From Ktedonobacteraceae bacterium (GTDB lineage Bacteria; Chloroflexota; Ktedonobacteria; Ktedonobacterales; Ktedonobacteraceae), in contig DATGLE010000066.1 in assembly GCA_035294325.1 (NCBI GenBank), positions 32,958-96,957 of the forward strand: a stretch of 64,000 nt of DNA, in the 5' to 3' direction. The translations under genes were made by a program, and so were the position numbers. The notes beneath the pieces were generated by a model, which worked only from the letters and a program-made list of their open reading frames with translations, ran no database searches and had not been told where the DNA came from. Each line of letters begins with the position of its first letter. Position 1 is the stretch's first letter. Of the stretch, positions 1 through 11,148 are shown piece after piece.

Positions 1-597
1 ATCCTGAGCGGGATCATCAGGGTAGTACGCTTTGAGCCGGTACGCGTCGTCCTGGCGCTGGCCGCGCTGGCATTGATACTCTCGCACGACGTGAGTTCAG
101 CGAGCTGGAGCTATGTCTACACGCAGCACCCCACCTCCGCCCAGAACGACGCTTTGCTATGGATTCGCCAGCATGTGCCACGCAGCGATTTCATCGTTAT
201 TAACTCCTATCTCCTCACCGACCTGCGTGCGACGGGAGGTGAAGGCGTCGGCGATGGAGCGCCATATCCCTACGCAAACGTCTACTATAATGTCGTCAGC
301 GATCCAACCATACGCGATGCTATACTGCATCGCAACTGGAACAACATCGACTATATCGTGGTTGATCCGGCAATGCTGGCGGATATTCAGACCGGCATCA
401 CCGGCAATTATGGGCTGCTCAAGCAGGCGTTCGACCATTCTGTGAAGGTCGCGCAGTTCACGGCGCCCGATCACAACTATCAGACCAGCATCTTCATCTA
501 CAAGGTCATACATTCGCAGCAGCCACCGGCGGCGCTGGCTGGTGCAGCTTTGCCCGAAGGTACTACAATCATAGATAGGCGCTCGCTTATGGGATAG
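1..597 (+). CDS. hypothetical protein, C-terminal portion (open at the 5' window edge); hydrophobic N-terminal segment, soluble C-terminal domain
   Basis: Frame is open from nt 1 to stop at 597. The first in-window ATG is at 73. No recognisable catalytic motif. Confidence 0.35.
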   Translation: MLSGIIRVVRFEPVRVVLALAALALILSHDVSSASWSYVYTQHPTSAQNDALLWIRQHVPRSDFIVINSYLLTDLRATGGEGVGDGAPYPYANVYYNVVSDPTIRDAILHRNWNNIDYIVVDPAMLADIQTGITGNYGLLKQAFDHSVKVAQFTAPDHNYQTSIFIYKVIHSQQPPAALAGAALPEGTTIIDRRSLMG

Positions 598-771
598 CAT
601 TAGGAAGGGATTCTGAAAAACCAGGAGATGCTTTATGTTCGTAGCCGCACGATTTATCGCGCTTGAGGGCGCTCTACAGGTTGGCGCAGGCGCGATAAAT
701 TGCGCGACTACGAATATGGGATGCCCGTCTCAAATTGTTAAACTTGATAGAATATAAGGAATAAAAAATAT

Positions 772-1935
772 ATGCTAGCGACACAAACAAAGACCGATAC
801 AATTGCTATTACGCGCACATTTGATGGCATCGAAGAGGCCGCACATCGCGTCATCGAGCAAGTGGGGGGTATGGCGTCCGTCATCAATGGTGCAAAAATC
901 GCTATCCTCAAGCCTAACCTCGTTGCCGGGCGCAGCGCCGCCACCGGTTCTACTACCAGCTTCGCGCTGATGAAGGCCGTGGCCGAAGAGGTACGCGCAT
1001 GCGGTGCGGAGCCGGTACTCTGTGAGACGCCCGGCACCGAGTTTGACCGCGAGGCAACCTATACCATTCTCGGCATAGAGCAGTTCTGCGCGGAGAACGG
1101 TATCCGCATCCTGCGCATCGATCCTGAGGGCGGCGAGGCCGATTGGATGGAACTGCGGCCAGCGGGCGCGAGGAAATTGCGCCGCTTCCGCGTGCCGCGC
1201 ATTTTGCAGGAGGCACGGCTGATTAATCTGCCAGTACTCAAGACGCACGTTGTCTCTACAATGACGCTGAGCATGAAGAACCCGATGGGTATTCTACCCC
1301 GCCCGGATCGCCGCAGCATGCACACGCTGGGCATCGGCCAGTGCATCGTCGATATGAATTTCGGTATTAAGCCCGACCTGAATATCATCGATGGCAGCGT
1401 CGGCCAGGACGGCGAAGGCCCGCTCTACGGAGACAAGGCCGACCTTCAGGTGATGATCGCCGGGCGCGATAGCCTCGCTACCGATCTCGTCGCCTGCCAG
1501 CTTGTCGGTGTCAAGCCGCGCATGGTGCCACACCTCAAGCTGGCGCTGGAGCAGATGGGCAAACCATCCTGGCAGATCGTTGGCGAAGAGGTGGGCGTCA
1601 TCAAAAAGTTCCGCCTCCCCGAGCAGAAGGCGCTCTACCGCTTCATCTTCTGGATGATGTACCCGCTGGATTATCCCTACACCTGGATCGCCGAGCGCGG
1701 CAAGCATCTCTGCACTACGCTCTACAGCACCGGCCTGGTGGGCACACGCCCGCAGATCAACGAGGAGAAGTGCACACGCTGCGGCGTCTGCGTGGATACC
1801 TGCCCGCTGCCCAACGTGATCGACCTGAAAACGCTCAAGGTCAATCCCAAAACCTGCCAGCGCTGCCTGCTCTGCTACGAAGCCTGCCCGGAGAACGCTA
1901 TCAGCGTCAAGGGCTATTCGGGGGCGCGCCAATGA
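772..1935 (+). CDS. DUF362-family protein with C-terminal 2x[4Fe-4S] ferredoxin-type cysteine clusters
   Basis: 387 aa. Has the KPN motif typical of DUF362. The C-terminus carries CTRCGVCVDTCP and CQRCLLCYEACP (two CxxCxxCxxxCP motifs). AGGA-like RBS upstream. Confidence 0.7.
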   Translation: MLATQTKTDTIAITRTFDGIEEAAHRVIEQVGGMASVINGAKIAILKPNLVAGRSAATGSTTSFALMKAVAEEVRACGAEPVLCETPGTEFDREATYTILGIEQFCAENGIRILRIDPEGGEADWMELRPAGARKLRRFRVPRILQEARLINLPVLKTHVVSTMTLSMKNPMGILPRPDRRSMHTLGIGQCIVDMNFGIKPDLNIIDGSVGQDGEGPLYGDKADLQVMIAGRDSLATDLVACQLVGVKPRMVPHLKLALEQMGKPSWQIVGEEVGVIKKFRLPEQKALYRFIFWMMYPLDYPYTWIAERGKHLCTTLYSTGLVGTRPQINEEKCTRCGVCVDTCPLPNVIDLKTLKVNPKTCQRCLLCYEACPENAISVKGYSGARQ

Positions 1936-2915
1936 CGATACTGGTAACGGGCGCTACTGGCTTTCTCGGCTCGGCGCTGGTCACGGAACTGCTAAAACGA
2001 CAGGAGCCGGTCCGCATCCTGGCACGCGATGAGCGCAAGGCGCGCGCGCAATTCGGCGATGCGGTCACGATTATACGCGGCGAGATCACCGATGAGCGCC
2101 AGGTCCGGCAGGCGGTGGAGGGTGCAGAGATCATCTACCACCTGGTGGGGCGGCTCTATCATCCCAGCGTCCCGCCTGCGCTCTATCGCCAGACGCACGT
2201 CGAGGGGACGCGCATCCTGCTCGCCGCCTGCCAGGATCAGCCGCAGTTGCGCCGCATCGTGCATTGCAGCACGACGGGCGTGCATGGCGTTACGGGCAAC
2301 ACGCCGGCTGCGGAGGATGCGCCCTTCGCTCCCACCAACCCCTATGAGGCGACGAAGCTGGAAGGCGAGCTGCTGGCGCTTGAAGCACATCGCGAACGCG
2401 GACTGCCGGTGAGCGTCGCGCGGCCGGGCCTGGTCTACGGACCCGGCGATCTGCACCTGCTCGGCTTCTTCACCGCAATCAAAAAGGGACTGTTCCGCGT
2501 CATTGCTGGCGGAACGGCGCTCCTGCATCCCATCTATATCGACGACATGACCGCCGCATTCCTGCTCTGCGCCGAGAAGCCCGAGGCCATCGGACGCAGC
2601 TACAATATCGCAGGTGAACGGCCGGTCAGCATCCGCGAACTCGCCACGGCGATAGCCCATGCACAGGGCAAAGAGCTGCCGGCGCGCAGCTACCCGCTCT
2701 GGCTTGCCAATCTCGCCTCGGATATCTTCGCCGCCCTGCCCGGCTTCCAGGGCGAACGCGCGCCGCTCACACGCAGCCGCGTCAGATTCCTTACCGAGAG
2801 CCGCGTCTACAACACTGAGCGAGCACGTAAAGAACTGGGCTTTGCCCCCAGGACCGGCCTGGATGAGGGCATGCGCCTGACGGCGGCGTGGTACCAGAAA
2901 CACGGCTATCTTTAA
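1932..2915 (+). CDS. NAD-dependent epimerase/dehydratase (SDR family)
   Basis: Begins MTILVTGATGFLGSALV, the Rossmann GxxGxxG motif. Also has the YxxxK-type region (PYEATK). Start overlaps the upstream stop (ATGA), suggesting translational coupling. Confidence 0.8.
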   Translation: MTILVTGATGFLGSALVTELLKRQEPVRILARDERKARAQFGDAVTIIRGEITDERQVRQAVEGAEIIYHLVGRLYHPSVPPALYRQTHVEGTRILLAACQDQPQLRRIVHCSTTGVHGVTGNTPAAEDAPFAPTNPYEATKLEGELLALEAHRERGLPVSVARPGLVYGPGDLHLLGFFTAIKKGLFRVIAGGTALLHPIYIDDMTAAFLLCAEKPEAIGRSYNIAGERPVSIRELATAIAHAQGKELPARSYPLWLANLASDIFAALPGFQGERAPLTRSRVRFLTESRVYNTERARKELGFAPRTGLDEGMRLTAAWYQKHGYL

Positions 2916-2967
2916 GAACGCGCCGGCCTTCCACCACCGCTTTCGCGCGTCTACGGCACGCGTTTTT

Positions 2968-3022
2968 TATAATTTGTGGTGGGAAAAATGCGCGAAGCGC
3001 ATTTTTCCCACCACAAATTATA
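2968..3022. repeat. 55-bp near-perfect palindrome (tataatttgtggtgggaaaaatgcgc-gaa-gcgcatttttcccaccacaaattata); structural sibling at 53008-53064
   Basis: Read directly from the sequence. Sits 50 bp downstream of the SDR gene stop and upstream of the atp promoter. Could act as a terminator or a protein-binding palindrome. Confidence 0.6.
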
Positions 3023-3148
3023 TCCCCTGTGCGGCGGAGCCGCATGGATGTCCTGCGAGCCAGGATAAGGATCAGGCTTCCTTATTAGCACTCGCGAGGC
3101 AGCGCTGCCAGAAATGGCATCTGAAAGCCGGGGTAAATGTATCAACTG

Positions 3149-3178
3149 TTGCAAAATTTTCGTCCCGTATGCTATAAT
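3149..3178 (+). promoter_or_regulatory. sigma-70-like promoter of the ATP synthase operon (TTGCAA-18nt-TATAAT)
   Basis: TTGCAA at 3149-3154, 18-nt spacer, TATAAT at 3173-3178, about 43 nt upstream of the first atp-cluster ORF. Confidence 0.5.
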
Positions 3179-3220
3179 CCTAACGGTATAATTAAGAGGA
3201 GAAAACAGACGGGATCTAAG

Positions 3221-3442
3221 ATGAAGCAGAAGCCTCCGCCCTCTGTTTGGGGATCACTGGCATTAGTGGGAGAATTAGGATTCACTATTGCCATCCCCAT
3301 CGCTCTGCTTGCCATACTGGGAAGCTTTCTGGATGGCAAGTTACATACCGGACCGTGGTTGTTATTACTTGGGCTGCTGCTTGGCCTGATGTCTGGGGTA
3401 TACGGAGCCTACCGTTTATTGACACGCGAGCGCCTGCTATAA
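3221..3442 (+). CDS. AtpZ/AtpI-like small membrane protein preceding the F0F1 genes
   Basis: 74 aa, two predicted TM helices (LALVGELGFTIAIPIALLAILG ; PWLLLLGLLLGLMSGVYGAY). Position immediately upstream of atpB. RBS aagaggag. The longer ORF from 3137 would overlap the promoter, so the 3221 start is preferred. Confidence 0.5.
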   Translation: MKQKPPPSVWGSLALVGELGFTIAIPIALLAILGSFLDGKLHTGPWLLLLGLLLGLMSGVYGAYRLLTRERLL

Positions 3443-3556
3443 ACTTTTCGTTATAGATGGTGCACGGATCAGCTTCTTATCTGAGATTGCAATAAATATA
3501 TACCTCATAACTGATAGATTCCAGCAAGCAGGGCCTGATGCATAGGGAGGAGTCGC

Positions 3557-4477
3557 GTGCTCTGGAGACTTCCTGAAGTAACACTTGCGCCTGACGTGAT
3601 CTTTACGATCCCGGGCATTAATTTTCCAGTCACCAATACTCTGCTCTGCACCTGGTTATCGATTGTTGTACTGGTGCTCGTCTTCTACTTCGCTACTCGT
3701 CGCAGTGACCTTATTCCCAGAGGCTTTCAGAACTTCATGGAGTGGGTAATAGAACTGCTGCGTGGGCTGGTAGAGGGCGTATCGGGACGGGAGATGGGGA
3801 GGAAGTTCTTCCCGCTGGTAACAACCTTCTTCCTGTTCATTCTCGTTTCCAACGTACTCGACGTGTTTCCAGGCGTAGACACAGTGGGGGCCATCAACAC
3901 CGCTGGCATCCAGGCGATGCATACGAGCAGCCGGCCGGTGCTCGGCTTTCTGCTCTTTGGCGATATCTCGAACCAGATCATCCCCTGGATCCGGCCCGCC
4001 ACGACTGATCTGAACCTGAACATTGCGATGGCGCTGATCGCCGTAATCACGGCCCAGGTCTTCGGCTTCGTCACGCTGGGGACAGGTGCGCATCTCAGCA
4101 AGTACTTCAAGTTCAAGTCGCTGTTTACAAAGGGCGGCTTCATCGGCGTCGTCGAAGTCTTCCAGGGATTGCTGGAGATCATCAGCGAAATAGCGCGCAT
4201 CATCTCGCTGGCCTTCCGTCTCTTTGGGAATATCTTCGCGGGTACGATTGTGCTGGCGGTCTTCGCCTTCATCATTCCGTTCGTCGCGGATATCATCTTT
4301 ATTCCCTTTGAACTGTTCGTCTGCGCTGTACAGGCGTTCGTTTTCGGACTGCTGGCGCTGATCTATCTGCAACTGGCAGTCACGGGCCACGATGAACCCC
4401 ATGAGGCAGAAGAGACGCGCGAGCATACTGAAGAGGTGCGCTCGATTGAACAGAAAGAGGCTATCACGACGCCTTAG
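3557..4477 (+). CDS. atpB: F0F1 ATP synthase subunit a
   Basis: GTG start preceded by GGGAGGAG. Has the conserved a-subunit motif ISLAFRLFGNIFAGTIVL with the essential Arg. Multi-TM. Confidence 0.9.
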   Translation: MLWRLPEVTLAPDVIFTIPGINFPVTNTLLCTWLSIVVLVLVFYFATRRSDLIPRGFQNFMEWVIELLRGLVEGVSGREMGRKFFPLVTTFFLFILVSNVLDVFPGVDTVGAINTAGIQAMHTSSRPVLGFLLFGDISNQIIPWIRPATTDLNLNIAMALIAVITAQVFGFVTLGTGAHLSKYFKFKSLFTKGGFIGVVEVFQGLLEIISEIARIISLAFRLFGNIFAGTIVLAVFAFIIPFVADIIFIPFELFVCAVQAFVFGLLALIYLQLAVTGHDEPHEAEETREHTEEVRSIEQKEAITTP

Positions 4478-4626
4478 ATTCTGAACGCGCCTGTTCACAA
4501 CCGTACAGGCGCGGCAGCCGTTTACCAGAAACGGCCAGGGATTGAAACAAACAAATCAATGCTACTCGCAGGTATGCGCCCTGCGATTGCATATATCACT
4601 TGAGAAAACAAGATTTTTGTCCTTAA

Positions 4627-4863
<237 letters not shown>

Positions 4864-5017
4864 TAACACTGCTCCTCTCATTCGTAGTGCGTAGAGACGC
4901 CGCTCTTCATCCTCATCCTTTGCCAGTGTAAGTGAAGTAAGCCGGTCAGGGAGGAGAGACGATTTTGCTGCGTCTCCCACTACCATCAGAGGTCATGGCG
5001 CCAGTGAAGGCAGGGAC

Positions 5018-5100
5018 CAGCAGGCAGGGGCCAGCCCTGCCTCTACATGTGGAGATGGCGTCGATGAGGGCAGGGGCCAGCCCTGCCTCTACATGTGGAG
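5018..5100. repeat. two tandem copies of a REP-like GC-rich hairpin element (ggcaggggccagccctgcctctacatgtggagatgg) inside the atpE-atpF spacer
   Basis: Direct repeat visible at 5018-5055 and 5064-5100. Member of the dispersed ...ctctaca-hairpin family, also at 14418-14520, 29352-29490, 32745-32900 and 34090-34175. Confidence 0.7.
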
Positions 5101-5153
5101 ATGGAGCTTGCCTCCATCTTCATTGATGGGCGTCTTGAAAGGAGGGACCACCA

Positions 5154-5717
5154 ATGCACGAAGCAGTGCATACACTAATTATCGCCAGCGCGGCGCAGGG
5201 AGGAAGCGGAAGCATAGGCAGCGGACTCGGCATCAACGCCGTGGCCTTCATTTCTCAGCTTGTCAGCTTCGGCATCGTCTTTGTCCTGCTATGGAGATGG
5301 GGACTGCCCGCCATCACGCGAACTCTCGACAGGCGAGAGCGAGTGATCCGCGAGGGCATCGAGAACGCGGAACGCGCCAAACGTGATCTTGAAGAGGCCA
5401 ATCAGCGCGCCGAGCAAATTCTCGCCGATGCGCGCCGCCAGGCTCAGGAGACGGTAGAGCGTGCGTCGAAGGCCGCCCAGCAAGAAGCGAATCGCATACG
5501 GGAAGAGGCCCAGGCGCAGGCAGAACGCATCAGCCAGCAGCAGATTGCCCGCATCCAGCAAGAGGCCAACCGCGCACGCGCCGAACTGAGCCGCCTGGTT
5601 GTAAACCTCTCTATCGATGCCGCAAGCAGAGTCATTGGCAGATCGGTTGACAGCAAGGATAACCGCCGTCTGGTGGAAGAGTTTGTCACCACGAGTGACG
5701 GGGCGAGGAACAACTGA
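5154..5717 (+). CDS. atpF: F0F1 ATP synthase subunit b
   Basis: N-terminal TM helix followed by a long charged/Ala-rich coiled coil (AEQILADARRQAQETVERA...). Position in the operon. RBS AAAGGAGGGA. Confidence 0.85.
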   Translation: MHEAVHTLIIASAAQGGSGSIGSGLGINAVAFISQLVSFGIVFVLLWRWGLPAITRTLDRRERVIREGIENAERAKRDLEEANQRAEQILADARRQAQETVERASKAAQQEANRIREEAQAQAERISQQQIARIQQEANRARAELSRLVVNLSIDAASRVIGRSVDSKDNRRLVEEFVTTSDGARNN

Positions 5718-6370
5718 TGCTAAAGGGAGCAATAGCGCGTCGCTACGCCGGGGCGATCTTCGATCTTGCGCTCAAGCAAAATACGCTTGATCGCACCCTC
5801 GAAGACGTGAAAGAGATAGCGCAACTATTCGCACACCGCAAACTCGCCTATCTACTACGCGAGCCGAAAATCCCGGCGAAGCGCAAAGAGCAGGCCCTGC
5901 GCCAGGCGCTAGAATCCAGAGTCCTGCGCACGTCGCTCAATCTGGCCCTGCTGGTCGTCCAGCGCGAACTGGTTGACCTGATGCCCAATATCGCCAGAGA
6001 GTTAGAAATGCTTGTACTGGACTATAGGAACCAGGCCGTCGCCGAAGTGACGACGGCGATGCCCCTGGATCAGCGACAGAGCGCACGGGTAAAGCAGGCG
6101 CTCGAACAGAGAACAGGCAAAAATATCATCATGCAGACTCGGGTAGATCCCGCTATCCTGGGTGGGGTGGTAGCTCGCGTGGGAGATCAGGTCATCGATG
6201 GCAGTGTACGCTATCGTCTGACAGCCCTCCAGCAGCGATTGCTGTCAGGCGTCGCCAGCGCGAATATTGATTTTTTCGCTGAGGAAACCGCGCAGGCAGA
6301 CGGCGCCGGAAAAGCGGCCACACCGCCGCCCTCCACCGTCCCGAGTGCCAGTGTAAAGGATCGCGCCTAG
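5717..6370 (+). CDS. atpH: F0F1 ATP synthase subunit delta (OSCP)
   Basis: Begins MLKGAIARRYAGAIFDLA, the typical OSCP N-terminus. Start overlaps the atpF stop. Confidence 0.85.
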   Translation: MLKGAIARRYAGAIFDLALKQNTLDRTLEDVKEIAQLFAHRKLAYLLREPKIPAKRKEQALRQALESRVLRTSLNLALLVVQRELVDLMPNIARELEMLVLDYRNQAVAEVTTAMPLDQRQSARVKQALEQRTGKNIIMQTRVDPAILGGVVARVGDQVIDGSVRYRLTALQQRLLSGVASANIDFFAEETAQADGAGKAATPPPSTVPSASVKDRA

Positions 6371-6506
6371 ATGGGGTCCAGGGGGCAGGCGCCCCTGGCG
6401 GGAAGCGGGGTATCCCCGATTTTTCCTTCTCTTTGCACGGAAACCCCATCTGGCAAGTAACAAATAGTAAATAACGAAGCACCAGGAATCACTAGGAGGA
6501 ATAACG

Positions 6507-8105
6507 ATGGCATCTTGGGCTGATGAAATCAGCGCCATCATCGAGCAGAACATCGCAGGCTTCGGCGCGGATACCACCTCAACGGCCAGCGTCGGCACCG
6601 TGATCGCGGTGCAGGACGGCATCGCCCGCGTCTATGGCCTGCAAGATGTGAAGTATCTCGAACTGGTACACTTTCCTCGCACGGATCTGTACGGCCTGGC
6701 CTTTAACCTCGAAGAAGAGACGGTCAGTTGCCCGATCCTGGGCGAGTATTCCCATATTCGTGAAGATGATGAAGTGCGCACCACCGGACGTATCATCGAG
6801 GTGCCGGTAGGCGATGCCCTGCTGGGCCGCGTCGTCAATCCACTGGGCCAACCGCTGGATGACCGTGGGCCGATCAATACCGATAAGTTTCGCCCCGTCG
6901 AGCGCGTGGCCCCCGGCGTGATCTTGCGCCAGTCGGTGAATACGCCGGTGCAGACGGGCCTCAAGGCTATCGACAGCATGATCCCCATCGGACGCGGCCA
7001 GCGCGAACTCATCATCGGCGACCGCCAGACTGGCAAGACGGCCATTGCTATCGATACCATCATCAACCAGAAGGGGAAGGACCTCTTCTGCATCTACGTG
7101 GCTATCGGCCAGAAAAACTCTTCGGTGGCTCGCACGCAGGCCATTCTGGAGCAGTACGGCGCAATGGAATATACTACCATCGTCGTCGCCGGCGCCTCCG
7201 ACCCGGCTCCGCTGAAGTATCTCGCGCCATACGCCGGCTGTGCGATGGGCGAAGAGATTATGGAGTCAGGCCGCGACGCGCTTATCATCTACGACGACCT
7301 GACCAAGCACGCCGAAGCCTATCGCAATATCTCGCTGATTATTCGCCGCCCTCCCGGGCGCGAAGCCTATCCCGGCGATGTATTCTACCTGCATTCGCGC
7401 CTGCTGGAGCGCGCCGCGCGTATGAGCGACGATTACGGCGGCGGTTCGCTGACGGCCCTGCCGATCATCGAGACGAAGGCGAACGACATCTCGGCCTATA
7501 TTCCCACGAACGTTATCTCGATCACCGATGGGCAGATCTTCCTTGAGACCGACCTGTTCAACGCCGGTCAGCGTCCGGCCATGAACGTCGGCATCTCGGT
7601 CTCCCGCGTAGGCAGCAGCGCGCAGACCGCGGCCATGAAACAGGTCGCCGGGTCGCTGCGCCTCGATCTCTCGCAGTTCCGCGAACTCGCGGCTTTCGCG
7701 CAGTTCTCGTCCGATCTGGACCCGGCGACGCGTGCGCGTATTGATCGTGGCCGCCGCGTGACCGAAATTCTCAAGCAGCCGCAATACCAGCCCGTGCCGG
7801 TTGAGAAGCAGGTAATGATTATCTATGCAGCCACCAATGGCTACCTCGATGATGTTCCGCTTGAACTGGTGGGTGAGTGGGAATCGGCGCTCTATCGCTA
7901 TATGGACGCTAACCATCCAGAGATCGGTGAGGAGATTGTCGAGAAGTCGGTCAGAGCCAGAAACAAGATGAGTCCCGAACTGCTCCAGAACCTGCGCAAC
8001 GCCATCGAAGAGTTCAAGAAGACGGCCGAGCCACACGCTGAGGCACAGCCACAGAGCAGCGCAAGTCCTGAAGAGGCAGCCCGGACTGCCGCTCAGACAG
8101 CTTAA
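6507..8105 (+). CDS. atpA: F0F1 ATP synthase subunit alpha
   Basis: Walker A GDRQTGKT. Highly conserved alpha-subunit sequence throughout. RBS TAGGAGGAA. Confidence 0.97.
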   Translation: MASWADEISAIIEQNIAGFGADTTSTASVGTVIAVQDGIARVYGLQDVKYLELVHFPRTDLYGLAFNLEEETVSCPILGEYSHIREDDEVRTTGRIIEVPVGDALLGRVVNPLGQPLDDRGPINTDKFRPVERVAPGVILRQSVNTPVQTGLKAIDSMIPIGRGQRELIIGDRQTGKTAIAIDTIINQKGKDLFCIYVAIGQKNSSVARTQAILEQYGAMEYTTIVVAGASDPAPLKYLAPYAGCAMGEEIMESGRDALIIYDDLTKHAEAYRNISLIIRRPPGREAYPGDVFYLHSRLLERAARMSDDYGGGSLTALPIIETKANDISAYIPTNVISITDGQIFLETDLFNAGQRPAMNVGISVSRVGSSAQTAAMKQVAGSLRLDLSQFRELAAFAQFSSDLDPATRARIDRGRRVTEILKQPQYQPVPVEKQVMIIYAATNGYLDDVPLELVGEWESALYRYMDANHPEIGEEIVEKSVRARNKMSPELLQNLRNAIEEFKKTAEPHAEAQPQSSASPEEAARTAAQTA

Positions 8106-8125
8106 AGGCAGCAGGAGGCAGGCTT

Positions 8126-9013
8126 ATGCCATCAACCCGCGAAATCCGGCGGCGTATCCGCTCGGTCAAAAATATGGCGCAGATCACCAAAGCTATGCAG
8201 ATGGTGGCAAGCAGCAAGATGCGCCGGGCGCAAGAACGAGTGCAGGAGGCTCGCCCCTACGCCGAGCAATTGCGCGGACTCGTCTCACGCCTCGCCCGAG
8301 CCTCGGAAGAGGATATCGGCAGCGAGGCGGTGCTGCTGGCCCAGCGTCCTGTGCGTAATATCGGGTATGTACTGCTCTCGCCAGATCGCGGACTCTGCGG
8401 CGCGCTGCCCAGTAATATCAATCGCCGGGCCGCAAGCAGCGCGCTGGAACAACAGCGCAAGGCAGCAGAGAACGGCGAGCGACCAGGAGTAGATTATATC
8501 GCTGTTGGTCGCAAGGGCCGCGATTTCATCGTGCGCACGCGCCAGCATCTGATCGCCGAATTCACGAACTATGGCGACAGGCCATCAATCACCGATGCCA
8601 GCGCTATCGCGCAGGTCGCCGTGGACGCCTTCGTGAAGGAGGAGGTCGATGTAGTCTACCTGGTGTACCCCAAATTTATTAACACGATGACGCAGCAGCC
8701 GGTAGTGGTGCAGCTTCTGCCCGTGCAGCCACCTGAGGGGGAAGGCCAGCCGGAGAAGATGGACTACATCTATGAGCCGGATCCCGCTCAGATCTTCCAG
8801 GCCCTGCTGCCACGCTACGTGGATGTGCAGGTATACCAGGCGCTTCTCGAAACCATCGCCAGCTTCTACTCGGCGCAGATGGTAGCGATGAAGAACGCAA
8901 CCGATAACGCGAACGAACTTATTCAGGACCTCACTTTGACATATAACAAGGCGCGCCAGGCTTCCATCACCACGCAGATCCTTGAGGTGGTGGCCGGCTC
9001 TCAGGCAACCTAG
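8126..9013 (+). CDS. atpG: F0F1 ATP synthase subunit gamma
   Basis: N-terminus IRRRIRSVKNMAQITKAMQMVASSKMRRAQ and C-terminus ITTQILEVVAGSQA are both canonical gamma. Confidence 0.95.
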   Translation: MPSTREIRRRIRSVKNMAQITKAMQMVASSKMRRAQERVQEARPYAEQLRGLVSRLARASEEDIGSEAVLLAQRPVRNIGYVLLSPDRGLCGALPSNINRRAASSALEQQRKAAENGERPGVDYIAVGRKGRDFIVRTRQHLIAEFTNYGDRPSITDASAIAQVAVDAFVKEEVDVVYLVYPKFINTMTQQPVVVQLLPVQPPEGEGQPEKMDYIYEPDPAQIFQALLPRYVDVQVYQALLETIASFYSAQMVAMKNATDNANELIQDLTLTYNKARQASITTQILEVVAGSQAT

Positions 9014-9210
9014 CGCGCTTGAGTTTTCGGGGATGCAGGGGGCGGCAGGCCCCCTCGGGGGGCGGCCGCCCCCTGGGCGGCGGTTGCCTCTCGCCAGGGC
9101 GACCGCAAGGGTCGCCCCTACATACACGCATCACAGGTATGACGGATATGGTAGAGGCGGGGCTGGCCTCCGCCCTCTCACCTGAATTCCCCTCCTTGAA
9201 GGAGAAATAG

Positions 9211-10641
<1,431 letters not shown>

Positions 10642-10644
10642 GCG

Positions 10645-11100
10645 ATGGCGACAGGCAACACTTTGCATGTCGAGGTAGTGACCGCCGAGCGCGAGTTGTA
10701 CAACGGCGAGGCCAGCATGGTGAGCGCGCCGGGGTCCGAGGGGCGCCTCGGCATCCTGCCACACCATGCCGCGCTGCTGGCCTTCCTGAAACCCGGCGCG
10801 CTGCGCATCGAACTGCGCGACGAGGAGGAGACGCTGTTCGTATCGGGCGGCTTCCTTGAGGTCTCCGACAACAACGTCACAGTGCTGGCCGATACTGCCG
10901 AGCACGCGGAGGAGATCGACCAGGCTCGCGCAGAGGCCGCGCGTCGCCGCGCCGAGGAGCGACTGGCACAGGCGCAATCCGAGGGAGAGCGCGCCGAACT
11001 CCAGGGTGCGCTTGAGCGGGCACTGAATCGCCTGCATGTTGCGGAAATGGCACGCCGCCGCGGCCGCCGCCGCATCGACATGCCTCCGCAGGGACAATAA
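10645..11100 (+). CDS. atpC: F0F1 ATP synthase subunit epsilon
   Basis: 151 aa, N-terminal beta-sandwich (LHVEVVTAERELY...) plus C-terminal helical hairpin. Last gene of the operon. Confidence 0.9.
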   Translation: MATGNTLHVEVVTAERELYNGEASMVSAPGSEGRLGILPHHAALLAFLKPGALRIELRDEEETLFVSGGFLEVSDNNVTVLADTAEHAEEIDQARAEAARRRAEERLAQAQSEGERAELQGALERALNRLHVAEMARRRGRRRIDMPPQGQ

Positions 11101-11142
11101 ATAAAAACCTGGCAGCAGTCGCACGACTGCTGCCAGGTTTTT
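11097..11142. terminator. bidirectional intrinsic terminator (14-bp GC stem cctggcagcagtcg/cgactgctgccagg, A-run upstream, T-run downstream)
   Basis: A perfect 14-bp stem with a 2-nt loop, flanked by aaataaaaa and ttttt. Lies between the convergent atpC (+) and TPM-domain gene (-). Confidence 0.85.
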
Positions 11143-11148
11143 ATGCAC

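Noticed and set aside
3137-3442. Longer 101-aa version of the atpZ-like ORF
   Set aside because: Its first 28 codons would overlap the TTGCAA/TATAAT promoter of the operon. The internal start at 3221 has an AAGAGGAG RBS, so the shorter form was annotated.
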